This document shows positions 14,063 to 29,234 of a DNA stretch of 64,000 bases, piece by piece. This stretch comes from the human T2T-CHM13v2.0 reference genome, Homo sapiens, in assembly GCF_009914755.1 (NCBI RefSeq), contig NC_060941.1; one strand, 5' to 3'. Numbering within the stretch: position 1 is the first letter of the stretch; each line of letters begins with the position of its first letter. The translations under genes and the position numbers were made by a program. Below the pieces are notes generated by a model, which saw only the letters and a program-made list of their open reading frames with translations, searched no databases and had not been told where the DNA came from.

Positions 14063-14270
14063 TTTTGGGTCTGGTCTCTGGCTGTGTGACCCTGAACACA
14101 TGACCTAATCTCTCTAAGTCTCAGTTAGGAAACTCATCAGTAAACCAGGGCTGTCACAGCACCAGCTGGCAGGGCTGTCATGGGGACTAAAGGAAGAAAT
14201 GCTTGTAGAGTGATCGGTGCAGTGACTGGCGCATATGAAGAACCCAGTAAATATTAGACATCATTATATT
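14063..14270 (+). mobile_element. MIR, 3' part; its 5' part lies near 12760-12788 and is split off by the Alu/L1 insertion
   Basis: GGCTGTGTGACCCTGAAC...TCTCTAAGTCTCAGTT...CAGTAAATATTAG. Confidence 0.7.
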
Positions 14271-14487
14271 TTGATAAGATGACTTCTGCCAGTGACCCTG
14301 TGGAATAGCTGATCTTATCCCCTGTTACAAGTGAGGAAACACAGACTGGGGAAGTTAAGTAACTTGCCCAAGGTCACACGGCAAATAAGAGGCACCGAGC
14401 CCAGCTTTGCGTGCTCATGACCATAGGAAGACACTCTGCAAATGAAGAGATAAATGCCTGCCTGGATGTCCACCACGGAGCCCTATC

Positions 14488-14977
14488 TGTGTTAGGACAT
14501 TCTTGCATTTCCATAAAGAAATACCTGAAAAAGAAAAAACAAACAAAAAACCCCAAACAACAAAGTTTAACAAAAGAAAAAGAAATAGGGAAAAAAGTAA
14601 AAAATGAAATACCTGGGGCTGGTTAATCTATAGAGAAAAGAGGCCTAATTGGCTCATGGTTCCACGGGCTGTACAGAAAGGATGGTGCCGGCATCTGCTC
14701 AGCTTCTGGGACGCCTCAGGAAGCTTCCAATCATGGTAGAAGGCAAAGGGGCAGCTGGCATATTACATAGCCAGAGCAGGGGCAAGCGGCAGGGGAGATG
14801 CCACACACTTTTAACCAGATCTTGAGAGAACTCAGTCACCATCACAAGGACAGCACCAAGACATTCATGAGGGATCCACTCCCATGACCCAAACACCTCT
14901 CAGCAGGCCCCACCTCCAACACTGGGGATTGCATTTCAATATGAGATTTGGAGAGAACAAACATTCAACCTATAGCA
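14488..14977 (-). mobile_element. Solo MaLR LTR (MSTA/MSTB-like) with an internal A-rich insertion
   Basis: TGTGTTAGGACATTCTTGCATT...CCCCACCTCCAACACTGGGGATT...ATGAGATTTGG...TATAGCA, reverse MST LTR. Confidence 0.88.
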
Positions 14978-15524
14978 CCGTCTCGTGCCTACTGCCTTAA
15001 GTGAGTGGCAGAGAGTGGACTGAGGCCTTGGGGAAAGCAGTGAAAAGACTGGGATCAGAGCCACACCCCTCAGGGTTGGCGACCTGCTCTGAGCTTCACT
15101 GACTTTAGGACTTTGCAGCCTGAGTTCCCTTGTCTGCACAGTGGGTATGAATGATGCCTACCTGTGGTAAGGATTATGTGAACGCTGGGTGCAAAGCAAC
15201 ACAGCACCATTGTTTAGCAATGTATATGTGGCACATAGTAGATGCTCAAGAAATGTGAACTCCTCTTTCTTCTCCCCTTAAGGTTTTGAAGTTGGGGGGT
15301 CCCTCAGTCACCCCAACACCACCCAGGCTGCCTCCTACTCTTCTGAAATGCCAGCCCATCAATCCTGGGCACTTCTGTGGGGCCTTTGGTCTGTGTTCAG
15401 CCATCCTGCAGCACAGGCTTGACTGTGGGTGACACTCTGCCAGCTCTTTTCTAGTTCTCTGGGTGACCTTGGTGAATCACTTCTTTTCTATGGGACTCAG
15501 TTTCCCTACCTGCCCATAAGTGGC

Positions 15525-15690
15525 TTGCCCTGGTTCAAGACCCCAGACAGCACCTCTTGGATAGGCTACATCAGCATCATCTGGAAAAATATTTAAAATG
15601 CTGAATCCTTGACCCCACTTTCTGGAGGCTCTGCTTCAGTGGATGGGATGGGCCCTGGGAACCTGTATTTTTAATGTTTGGGAACCATCA
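15525..15690. mobile_element. MER5-like hAT-Charlie MITE
   Basis: CATCAGCATCATCTGG...AAAATGCTGAATCC...GGGATGGGCCCTGGGAACCTGTATTTTTAA. Confidence 0.55.
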
Positions 15691-16260
15691 GCCTGGTCTC
15701 TCAGCTCCCCCGCAGTTCCTGTAGGCTGCTCTTCCAAGTGAGGACCATGCGGCTTGCCTTTGTGTGCTCCCCTCCCTTGAGTGGCATGCTGCACCCCAGC
15801 CTGAGCTAGGTGGTCCCAGCAAGGGATTAGGGAATGCCGATGGGAAGGAGGAATGACTTTCCAAGCCCAACAGGAATCTTGCCAGATGCCTCGGGACAAT
15901 CATAAGCTCCATGGGACCTGTTCCCATTTTCTACTAGTGATGTGGCACTTCTCAGCTGGGAAAATGCACGCTGATGTGGGTGGATTTCCTTCTCCTTTTG
16001 CCCCCAGACCTGCCTCCACACACACGGGTGTGAGCATACACACACACACTAACATTCACACACACACCAAGGAATCTGATCTGAGGGATTGTCCTGGCCT
16101 TGGCCTTGTCTGCTCTTTGAAACAGCCGGATGTATGGAAGTTGCTGGGGGGTGGGGTGGGAGGAGGGGGCAGCTTAACTGTCTCATTTGTTTCAGTGGCT
16201 GTGGCTTCATCTACCCGCCAGCGGATGTTGGAGGGGGTCTCTTCCAGAGGGTAGTGGTGA

Positions 16261-16773
<513 letters not shown>

Positions 16774-17057
16774 TAGAACAAAATCTAAAACCTACAAAAG
16801 GGTATCCTGTGGAAAGTGTCCTTTTCTTTCCAGACACACAGCCCCACCCCACATTAGCCACCGTTCCACTTTCTCACAGATCCTTTCAGAGACAGCCTGT
16901 GTCGATAAATGCATATGTGTGAAAATTACTTTTATTTTCCTGGAACAGGTAACACAGTTACACACCATGCATATACTTTGTGGGTTTTTTTTTTTTGGCT
17001 CCTTGATTTTTTCACTTATCCTGAAGATCTTTCAGCACACAGAGAGAGTTGCAACAG

Positions 17058-17474
<417 letters not shown>

Positions 17475-17847
17475 TAGTAGCCACAGTTTTTAAACAGTTG
17501 CTTGTATTCTATTTTACAGATAATTCATTTAGTCAATTCCTCCCTTAGCCATTTATCTTGTTTTTCAAGAGATGCTTCAATACAACAGCCCTGCATATAC
17601 ACCCTTTTACATTTAATCTGTGGGATAAATAACTAGGAGGAGAATTTCTGGGTCAGAGGGCATATACATGTTTAATTCTGATAGAGCCAACTTACCTTCT
17701 TCAGAGATTGTACTAATTTACACTCTCACCAGCAATGTATGAGGATATGTTACTTTGCTGATTTGACAGGTGAAAAAACACTATCCCCTTGTAGCATAAT
17801 TTGCATTTCTTTTATGAGTGAGGTTGAACGTTTTTTCACCTGTTTAA

Positions 17848-18282
<435 letters not shown>

Positions 18283-20445
18283 TGAACTGTTCTTATGGCT
18301 CTGGAGGAATCTTCATATATATATATATAAAACTAAACCCTTTCCCTGTTCAAAGAGATGCCAGTTTGTTGTTTGCTTATGATATTTTTCCCCTGGAGGA
18401 AATATGACTTTTATATAGTCAAATTTGTCAACTTTTTCTTTATGCTTTCTAGGTTTTGTACCCTATTTTTTAAAGGTCTTTCCATCTCCATTTAATTTTT
18501 AAAATCTCTCGGTAGTATTTTTATGACTCATTTATATATTTAAGACTTTAAAGCATCTGAGATTTAGATAAGGTACAATGTTTGGGCAAGTGCTTCGTAT
18601 GTTTTCAAGTATTTTTTCTTTAATGCCAATTAGTTACGAAATTCAGCCCCATAAAAATTCTTTGGGGCATGCAAATGAGATTGCATTTGCTCTAGTTTTT
18701 GGGTAAAGAGAGGCTTTTTTTAGAGCAACTTTGTTTTCCAGATAACTACTGAGTTGTTCAATTTTTAAAATACGTAATCCATCGTATCCCCAGTGATTTG
18801 AAACACATTCTTTACCACATACCAGATTGGTGTTCTTTCTGGTTTCATTCTATACTTTTTTTTTCTGTTCCATTGATCTATCTACTCGTGTTGTTTTAAT
18901 TGCCATTTCTTTATACTGTTTTAAATATCTGGTAGGTCTGGGCCCCCTCACTATTCTTTTTTAGAATATGCCTATTCTTGCTTGGTTATTTTTCTCTATA
19001 AACTTTAGAATGGGCTTTACTAATTCCAAAAAGGAAGAACCGGTACAGCTGGTGTGGGTGAGCAGGGGATGCCACCTGCCTCCTCTGGTCCTGGTATGCA
19101 GAGTCCAGCAGAAAGAATGATGTCATGCTGCACAGTTACAGGTGGCTCAGGAATGTTCTCCTTTCTCTCCTGCTTAATCAAGGAGGGCTTCAGTGGAAAA
19201 GGCAGAGAGGGGAAGAAGAAGCAAGAGAAAAAGGAGAGGTGGAAGAGAATTTTGAAGCAAGGAAGAAGAGGCTTCCTGGCAGAAAGGACTGAAGACACTC
19301 TGGGGGAGAAGAGACAGAGAGAGATGAAGCATCAGAAATCAAGGCTGCAGGGAGGGTTCCTTGCGGAGATTGGAAAATGGTGGGTGGGAGAGGAGGTGGA
19401 GGCCAGCTGGAAGGCTTGAGCCTAAGGCAGGTTGGGGGTGGCCTGGAACTGATGGAAGATGTGGTTAGAGGGAGTCAGTCTGCCTCTGAGTCATGCGCAT
19501 AGGACTTCAGTCAGCAAGCTGCCCTGGCTGAGTGGAAGACAGACAGAAATGGAATGAAAGCCAGAAACTCCAACTGTCTTCTCAGGCTGGCCACCAGAGG
19601 TGCAGTCTCATGTTCCTTCTGGTTACAAATGATCCCTACCTCCCAGGAAACCACAGTGTGGGGTCTTGAATAGACTGCTATGCATTTACTCATGGAGAGG
19701 AGTCGGAAGCTAATTTTGAGAGTGTATGAAGTAGTTTTACATCCTGGGCTACAACAGAAGCATATCCTGGCACAGGGGTGTTGTGGCTGTGTTTCATTAG
19801 GAGCTGTAATTCTCCAGACCAAAGAAAGTGGCAGGGAGCTCAGCCCTGGGAACAGTGGGCACAGAGTCAGGGGATGCCCAGGATAGGGGCGATGCTGGCA
19901 CTGCGGAAGGAAGCTAGGCCTGCAGGAGCCCGAGTTTGGGCCACATTCAGCCTTGTCAGGGTTGCAAGAAAGGGTGGATGATGAGTGCACGGGCAAAAAT
20001 GGGCCTGCGGGTTCTCTGTCAAGAGCTTCACTCGCTTCCAGCTAGAGCCCCTGGCAAATGACTTCTCACACCAGGAAGACACCCCTGTGGGAAGACACTC
20101 CCAGACCCAGCAGGCCCACGTGCTCCGCAAACGGACCCTGTGCCACAGTTTTTCTCTGCTGCAGTGCCCGGCTTCAGAGCCCCCGTACAGGGTGGCTGGG
20201 AAGACCTCTTCCCTGTGCCCCCGCTCAAGCTGGCTCTTCTCTCTGCTGTCTTCTGGGCTGGGCTGACCGGGAAACAGGATACTGCTTTGCCTGCCCTATT
20301 GGCCTAAAAACGTTTCCTTCCTCTGCAATTAGAATCATGGAATATCACCGGATCCAATTCCCTCTGAAATTTCTCCCTGAAATTTCAAAGCTCAGAAAGG
20401 GCACCCGAGGGTCCCACAGCCACACGAAGTTCTAGGTGTGACCTG

Positions 20446-21272
20446 CGTCAAAGAACCAAATTTCAACAAGTTGAGTTTAGTAAGTTTAATAATAAGGCCC
20501 AATGACACTGTCATCTAATTGACTTTTATTAGGGATTTATGAATCAGGCAGTATTCCATCTAGGAAATGTCTAGAAAGGTGCTCCACCCCATTGGCAGAA
20601 CAGTTGTTTGAGATTTGTTGTTGTTGTTATTTTGCTTTGTTTTGAGACAGGGCCTCACTCTGTCACCCAGGATGAAGTGCAGTGGCACAATTATGCCTCA
20701 CTACAGCAGCCTCGAACTCCTGGGCTCAAGTGATCCTCCCACCTCAGCCTCCTGAGTAGCTGAGACTATAGGCGCACATCACCATGCCCAGCCAATTTTA
20801 AATTTTTTTCTTTTATAGAGCCAGGGTCTCACTACATTACCTAGGCTAGTCTCAAAACTCCTGGCTTCAAGCAATCTTCCTGCCTTGGCTTCTCAACGTG
20901 CTGGGATTACAGGCATGAGCCACTGCACCTGGCCAAGGACAGTTGGTTTTTGTATGGTAACTTGAGCAGGAACAAGAAAACAGCATAGTACAAAAAAGAA
21001 GATTGGTTAACATTAGGTTACTTCAGGTTACTTTCCTCGTAAGGGTTAATGCAGAGACTTTCTTCTTCAGCCAACTAAAACTGGCCTGTTTGGGGATTTG
21101 GCTACCATCTCTCTCCTGATTTCTTGGAAGGTCAGATCTCATAAGTAAACAACTTAGGTTTCGGTTTGGTCATGTAACCTTAGCATGAGTGACTCCATTT
21201 TGGGTTGAGCTATTAGAGCCTAGTGCAGGAGCTTAGTCCAAATCAATGCCCTCCCATACATTTTATTTAACA
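20446..21272 (-). mobile_element. Solo ERV1 (MER4-group, MER67-like) LTR interrupted by an Alu
   Basis: Reverse strand starts TGTTAAATAAAATGTATGGGAGGGCATTGATTTGGACTAAGCTCCTGCACTAGG...CAAAATGGAGTCACTCATGCTAAG; 4-bp near-TSD CCTG/CCAG. Confidence 0.7.
20607..20934 (-). mobile_element. AluJ nested in the ERV1 LTR
   Basis: GAGACAGGGCCTCACTC...CTCAAGTGATCCTCCCACC; TSD AGAACAGTTG/AGGACAGTTG. Confidence 0.92.
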
Positions 21273-22278
21273 CCAGAATCCAGGTCATTGGCTTCTAGCC
21301 ACTGGTCTGTCACCTAGTCTAGGTCTCCTCCTGTGTACCACAGGGCACATTCAGTATCCCACCAGGGTGTGGAAGTCGTCTTCCTTCCAGAGAGTCAGGA
21401 AACCTTGCTTTTAATGAGCTCAGGGGCCAGCATCTTGAGGGCCTGCGTTTATTTTCAGTTAGAGCGGATGGAATGTTGTTTGTGGTTTGCTTTTTTAATA
21501 CAAAATGGGCTGTGGAAATGAAGCTGCCTATACAACTCTGTAGGGAGCTGGCCGGCTTTAGCAGAAAATGTTCTTGCCGGGGACCCGAGACTTAAGCTCT
21601 ATCTGGAAGTTCCTTCCCTGCTCTTGGCCTCAATTTCCATTCTGTAGATGGAGAAGGTTGGATTGAGGAGTGTCTGAAGGCCCTTCTGGCTCTGACTTGC
21701 TTTGCTTTTGTGAAAGGGCTATAAGGCCCTTGTCACCGTCCCCAGCACCACAGTGGAGACGGGGTGAGACCCTCCAAAGTCTTTTCCCACAGATGGAGTT
21801 GGCATGATTTGTATGAAGCACTCTCAGGCCTCCCCAGGGGGGCCACTCCTGTGCCTTCTGCTCAGCAGGTCTTCATGGGGTGGGGCTGACAGTCTACTCT
21901 CCTGGCACTTCACACACAGCTCATCTTTAGAAGGACAGTGGCTTTAGACAGTCTCCCTGGGACCCAGCCTGAGGCCACTGTCCAGCAGGGGGAGAGACAG
22001 CCCAGAGATGGAAGCAGCCGGGAGAGCAAAACACTCCTCACCACCAGGCTGGCCCAGCTGGGCTCTTCCTGGCCCAGCGCTGCCCTCCATCGTCCGTGTA
22101 GCGGTGGAGCCCCCAGTAAAAGCACTTGCTTTCAAAGTGCCTCAGAGGGAAAAATACAACACTTCACGACATTAGAAACGTGAGAATGGTCACAAGTACA
22201 TGAAAGCCGTGATGTAAGTCGTGAAATAAAAGTCCAAGTTCTATATGTGTTGAAATAGTATTTAAAAAAGAAAAAACC

Positions 22279-22572
<294 letters not shown>

Positions 22573-22755
22573 AAGGAAAAAACCAAATTAGGAAAAACTG
22601 TAACCCTGCAGCAGCGTAAAACAGGTGACAATGACACTTCTATTACATCACCTGTGACAGACCCCTTATCCTTCATGGATTTTGGTTCATGCCAGTGTGT
22701 TGTAGAGTTTTGCATCTGACTCCCTCTCAGTAATCAGCTGGGGATTTTCCTTGGT

Positions 22756-23530
22756 GTATTAGTTAGTATAAGCCAGGCTGTTGTCACAAACCACCTAACA
22801 AAAACTCAGAAGATAGAAGTTGAATTCTCTTTCCTCTAATCAGGTGGATATTTCAAGTCAGTGGGTGACTTCACTCACACAGAAGAACAGGGATCCAGAT
22901 TCCTTCTGTGGTGTGGCTCTGTTGACCCCTAGTTTAGGTGTCCATGGAGGCATACCCGCTGTCTTAGGGCTTATCTTAGTCCATTCATGCTGCTGTACAA
23001 AAATACCTTAGACTGGGTAGCTTATAAACAACAGAAATTTATTGCTCACAGTTCTAGAAGCTGGGAAGTTCAAGATCAAGGTGGCAGCAGATTCGGTGCC
23101 TGGTAAGGTCTCACTCTCCGCCTCATAGATGGCACCTTCTCGCTGGCTTTGCATGGTGGAATGGTGGAAGAAGGGAACAAGCTCCCTTGGGCCTCTTTTA
23201 TAAGGGCATTAATTCCTTAAAAAAGGTGGAGCCCTCATCACCTAATCGTCTTCCACAGTCCCCAACTCTTAATACTATTGTATTGGGGATCAGGTATCAA
23301 CACAATTCTGGGGAAACATGAACATTCAGGCCAGGGTTCCAGCCTGGAAGTGAGCACCCTTTTTGCTCACATTCTGTTGATGAGAACTTAGGGCTGTGGT
23401 CACATCTAACTGCCACGGAGGCTGACTAATGTGGTTCTTAGCCAGGTTCGCACATGCTCAAATCCAACTGTATTACTGAGGAAGAAAGAGAATATATAAT
23501 TTGATAGATTACCAGCAGTCTCTGTAGCTT
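22756..23530 (-). mobile_element. Old MLT1 LTR (J/K/L-like) interrupted by MLT1A
   Basis: TGTATTAGTTAG...GGCTGTTGTCACAAA...AGATAGAAGTT and GCTCACATTCTGTTG...CACATCTAACTGC flank the younger LTR. Confidence 0.55.
22972..23335 (-). mobile_element. MaLR LTR MLT1A/MLT1A0
   Basis: TCTTAGTCCATTCATGCTGCT...AAACAACAGAAATTTATTGCTCACAGTTCTAGAAGCTGGGAAGTTCAAGATCAAGG...TTTTATAAGGGCATTAAT. Confidence 0.85.
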
Positions 23531-24119
23531 TGAAAACTATGTCAACCCAAAAGTTTGTATTTTTCCTCTGCCAGTCCCTTCTTGTGACAATGTCTTTTTA
23601 GCAGCATTTCTCCACTATTTACCATCTCTCCCTCACTCTTCTTTCCCCTCCTTCTTTCTTTCCCTCAACACACCCCTCACTCTCACTGTTTTACCTCTTC
23701 CCTCACTGAGTACAGAATCCCTAGGATAAACAGGATGGAGTTTCCAAGTTCCATGGGTCAGGACACACCAGACTGGGTTATGGATAAGGACAATGGTATA
23801 CATTCCTGCCTTCTTTGCCTACACTAGCCCATGAGCACTTCACCCATGCTAAGCCATCTTCGGCCCAAATGGCCCTTGAGCATGCATTTGAAAAACAGGT
23901 GGAAGATAAAACAAGAAGCATGCATTGGTTTTGCAGGTGGAAGACCTAGATTTCATGTCCTGCCAGTTACTAATTGTGTGGTCCTGAGTAGGTCTCCTCA
24001 CTTCTGCTCTGAGTATCTCTTCATTGAAAAAATGGAGCAAATGCAATTTCACCTGCAAACCCCAGAGTTTTTATGAGGCTGAAGCAGGATAATGTTTGGC
24101 AAGAGCTTTTTATATTTTC

Positions 24120-25230
<1,111 letters not shown>

Positions 25231-26291
25231 TCTTTCATGCGTTCTTTAATTCCTTTTTCTAATTTTTCCCTTTTCCTCTCTTGTCCTTCCTGTCTCTTGC
25301 TCCTTCTCTCCACATTTATCTGCCGGATCTCAGCTGCTGGCACTGTGTGTTCTCAGGGGATACTCTGTCAGGTGTTTTTCAAGGCTCCTGGCTGACCCTC
25401 CCCAGCTTCTCCCTTTGGTTCTCTAGCTCCAGACCCCTAACATGGCCACTAAACACCCCCAGCAGGCACCCCACTGCCCCAGATCTGTGCTGTTGGGCTT
25501 TATCTTCCGTGCAAACTTGTCAGCATCCCTTTTTATTCATCCAGAGCTCTTCATTCCATCACTATTCAACTTGTCAAAATGTGCTCAGCCAGGAACAAGT
25601 TTAGGTCAGAGATTTTAATAATCTCTTCAGAGCTTTCCTCTTTTGAATCATTGTGAATATTATGCATCAGAAAAACTCCAGATTTTGAGCCTCAGACTGG
25701 GAGGCACAATTAGGTGCTCAGAGAGGCCAGAATTTGGCCAACTTCTCATTCCCCAAATGGACTCAAGGAATATGAGAGAATTCTGAATGAGAGAGCAGGC
25801 AAAATTACCCAAGAGGGAATGAGGCTCTTTGGCTCTAATTTGAGGGTCATTTTTCTTCTTGCTGGCACTTCTCTTCCCCCTGGATTGGGCCCCAAGACCA
25901 TTCAAGCAGGCTTCTAAGAAGGATTCACTGAAGTGATTTCCCTAGAGGATTGACAGGGACTTTGAAATGTGCTGCCTCTTTTAGAGACTTTGCCTGGTAA
26001 GAGGAGGCAAAACCTTAAACCAAAAGGACAAGGAAAAGGAAATCAAACATTGGGGATCGGGGGCCTCCTTCCCAAGGCTACTAGAAGGCTGCCTCTGGAT
26101 ACTCCAGTGTAGAGGCACTGTGACCCCCGCCCACTTCCTCTGCAGTGTCTCATCTGATGCTCATGACCACCCTGTTGACATCATGTAGCTCATGTTTTGT
26201 GGGAAACAGGCTGAGCAAGGCAACAGAGGTCCTGTATTGGCTAAGTGCTGAGCCTCATTTAGACTCCAAGCCGGACTTTGAGAAAACCTGT

Positions 26292-26677
26292 TGATATGGT
26301 CAGGCTTTCTGTGCGCACTCAAATCTCATCTTGAATTGTAATCCCCGCATGTGGAGGGAGGGACTTGTAATCCCCACATGTCAAGGGAGGGAGGTGATTG
26401 GATCATGGGGGGGTTTCCCCCATGCTATTCTCACAATAGTGAGTTCTCAGGAGATCATATGGTTTTATAAGTGTTTGACAGTCCCTCCTACATGTGCTTT
26501 CTTCTCTCTCTTGCCACCGTGTGAAGGTCTTTGCTTCCCCTTCCCCTTTTGCCATGATTGTAAGTTTCCTGAGGTCTCCCCAGCCGTGTGGAACTGTGAG
26601 TCAATTAAACCTCTTTCCTTTGTAAATTACCTAGTCTTGGATATTTCTTTATAGCCATGTGAAAATGGACTAATACA
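26292..26677 (+). mobile_element. Solo THE1 LTR (THE1D-like)
   Basis: TGATATGGT...AAATCTCATCTTGAATTGTAATCCCC...GAGTCAATTAAACCTCTTTCC...GGACTAATACA; near-TSD CCTGT/TCTGT. Confidence 0.9.
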
Positions 26678-26944
26678 TCTGTCCTCTACCTACCATGCCC
26701 AGTCCTCTCCAGGATGCCACAAGATGGGTTGGAAGGCCGATTACTGCAATTGTCCAGGAAAGAGCTGACATCTGTACATCACACTCCAAGAGGCAGCAGA
26801 CACAGGGGTGAAGCCCAAGGGCTCTAGAGCCAGACAGGCCAAGTTCAAATTCCAACTGTACCACTGAACTAGCTGAGCAACATTGGGCGATGCTTTACTC
26901 CAACCACCACTCCTAGCCTTTCCTCCCCGGCAGCCCGTGGAGAC

Positions 26945-27945
26945 TAAAACACCAACCAAATCATTTCACTCCTCTGGTCTCAACTTTCCAACAGCTTCTC
27001 ATCACTTCTAGAATAAAATCCAAGTGCCTCCTCAAAGCCTTCCAGGCCTACAGCAGAGGCAGCCAGTGCTCACCAAACTCTACATTCTCCTCTTTGTCCC
27101 AGGCTCCCTGCTGTGCCACATTTCTCTGCTTCTTTGCGTGGGTGGGGTGATGGTGGATGCGGAGACTTATGCCTTATTCTTGTCAATGGAGTGTGAGTGG
27201 AGGTGACATGTGTTAACCCAGGTCGAAGTGGTTGAGAGCAGTGTGCCTTCTCCACACTTTCCCCACATGCCAGCTGGATGGACATCCAGTGAGGACCCTG
27301 AGGAAATGGCAGAGTCACACAGTGGAAGATGCCTGGATCCCCAAGTATGCGAAACAGAACTCCTGTACCTGTCTTGTGACAACACTAACTGAACTACTAC
27401 ACAAGCAAAAATTGATTCTTTATTGTGTCACGTCACTGAAACTTGGGTTTTTTTTTTTTTTGTTACAGCAGCTGGCTTATCCTAACACGAGGCCCTACAT
27501 CAGTCGACCTCAGTCCAAACCCATGCCTGCTCACCCTCTCCCTCACTGTGCCCCACCACACCACCTTCTCGTAGCTCCTCAGACTCCAAGCTCATTCCCA
27601 TCTAGTGCCTTGGCCAGGCCGTGTTCCCTCCTCCTGGAATGCTCTTCCACAAAGCTTTACATGATGTTTTTTCTCAGTTTTGCCAGATTTCTGGTCAAAT
27701 TTTATCTCCTCAGAGGGAGAAGCCCCGACTCCCCTTTTAGGCAGGCCCACCCTCACCAGGCATCACCTTCCCTGTGCTATTTTTCTCCAGAGAAGTTATC
27801 AATGACTTACCAGTCTATCAGAAATATGTCTTTGTTAAAATATTTATTATATAGCTCCTCCCTGTGTCTGTCTATCCTGGTGTCTAGAAGAGTGACTGGC
27901 ACATAGTAAGTCCTCAATAAATATTCTCTGAGTGGATCAATGATC
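26945..27945 (+). mobile_element. L2 3' fragment interrupted by an MLT1 LTR
   Basis: CTAGAATAAAATCCAAG before the LTR; GGCACATAGTAAGTCCTCAATAAATATT after it. Confidence 0.7.
27049..27489 (+). mobile_element. MLT1 (I/J-like) solo LTR
   Basis: CAATGGAGTGTGAGTGGAGGTGACATGTG...CACTGAAACTTGGG...TGTTACAGCAGC; exact 5-bp TSD AGGCC. Confidence 0.75.
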
Positions 27946-28659
27946 ACTGTTTTCTCTGCATCTTTATCCATTTCTCTCTCCTTTTTCTCCTCTGTAAGTT
28001 GAGTGTTGTATGCTGAAGACAAAAGGGGATAATGCAGGTTAGTGTGGAACATCCTGGCACAACAGATGTCTGGGAACTGCAGATTCTGTCCTATGTAGGG
28101 ATAGCTCCACAAGAAAGCCCAGGCTAGTGTCCATGGGTTGCCTGCACCAGAGCCCAGGAGGGTGGTTTAAGCAGGAAGGTTCTTGTTGCTGCCCTCCCAA
28201 GAGAGGGAGTGGGGCTGAGCCAGCTGTGGAGCTTGGGGCTGGCTGCCAGCTGCTGAGGTTGACAGCCACATGGAACTTCACCGGGGCAGGTAATTGAACT
28301 AGTGGAGTGGGCTGACCAAGAGGAGGGGAGCGTTCCCAGCATTGGGGTGATGAGCCATGGAATTGGCATTGGAGTGGCTGTAGTCACAAGTGGAAGGAAT
28401 TCATCTGCTGGCACATCCAGCCTGCAGGGAGAGGACCCAGGGGCGCCTGCACTTGTGGCCTGGAGGGAGATGGACAACTTCTGGGGTGCCCTCTGGTTGT
28501 TGGAGATGGAGGGCATTGAAGGAGGAGGGGACGGCACATGCGAAGGCATGGAGTTGTGAAATGAGTGCTTGGCAGTTAGAATGGTGAAGTGAGGTAGTGC
28601 TGGTGGCCCTAGGATGTAGGTGGAATCAGGACTTGACCCCAGAAAAGCCACATGTGGGG

Positions 28660-28930
28660 AAAGGGTGAGCGCTGGGCTAGGAGCCAGGAGACCTGACTTT
28701 CCACTCCCAGGTCTACCACGATCCATGTATCCTTGAGCTCAAGTGTATCCATGATCCTGCTCAGGTGTTTCACTGCATGACACACAGATGAGGAAACTGA
28801 GGCACAGAGAAAGTGATACACAGTTGCATAGTCACTTTCTCTGTGCCTCAGTTACCTCATCTGTCAAACTGATGATAGTTCCCCTCACATGGGGGTGAGG
28901 AGAAGAAGAATAAAAAGTGGATGCCTATGC
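28660..28930 (+). mobile_element. MIR carrying an internal templated insertion and inverted repeat
   Basis: GCGCTGGGCTAGGAGCCAGGAGACCTG...GTCACTTTCTCTGTGCCTCAGTTACCTCATCTGTCAA. Confidence 0.7.
28784..28864. repeat. Inverted repeat with 33-bp arms (1 mismatch) and a 15-nt loop
   Basis: ACAGATGAGGAAACTGAGGCACAGAGAAAGTGA-[TACACAGTTGCATAG]-TCACTTTCTCTGTGCCTCAGTTACCTCATCTGT. Confidence 0.95.
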
Positions 28931-29234
28931 AATTTTCTCCTCACAATGTTTTCAGTTATTATGACTGAGAGGTGGCCAGGAGGAGCTGAGGAATTCCCCT
29001 AGGACTTGTGTGTTGGGAGGGCCAAGGGCCAACTGGAAGTGACTGTTGCTGAGAAGAGAGTGGGAGAAAACAGCAGGAGGAAAGCCAACGTGGAGAGGTG
29101 GGGGAAGGGAGGAGCTGGAAGCAGTTCCAGCAGGAGACCAAATGTGGGCAGTGGCAGGAGTGTTGATGTTTCCTGGCAGGTGCAGTCCAGTTGCTTTCTA
29201 TGCCTGCAGTGTGCAAGTGGATTGGGTCCTTGTG

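Noticed and set aside
27232-28726. 224-aa and 200-aa ORFs
   Set aside because: The first spans MLT1/L2 repeats. The second is low-complexity and Pro/Ser-rich, with no domain or exon structure I can support.
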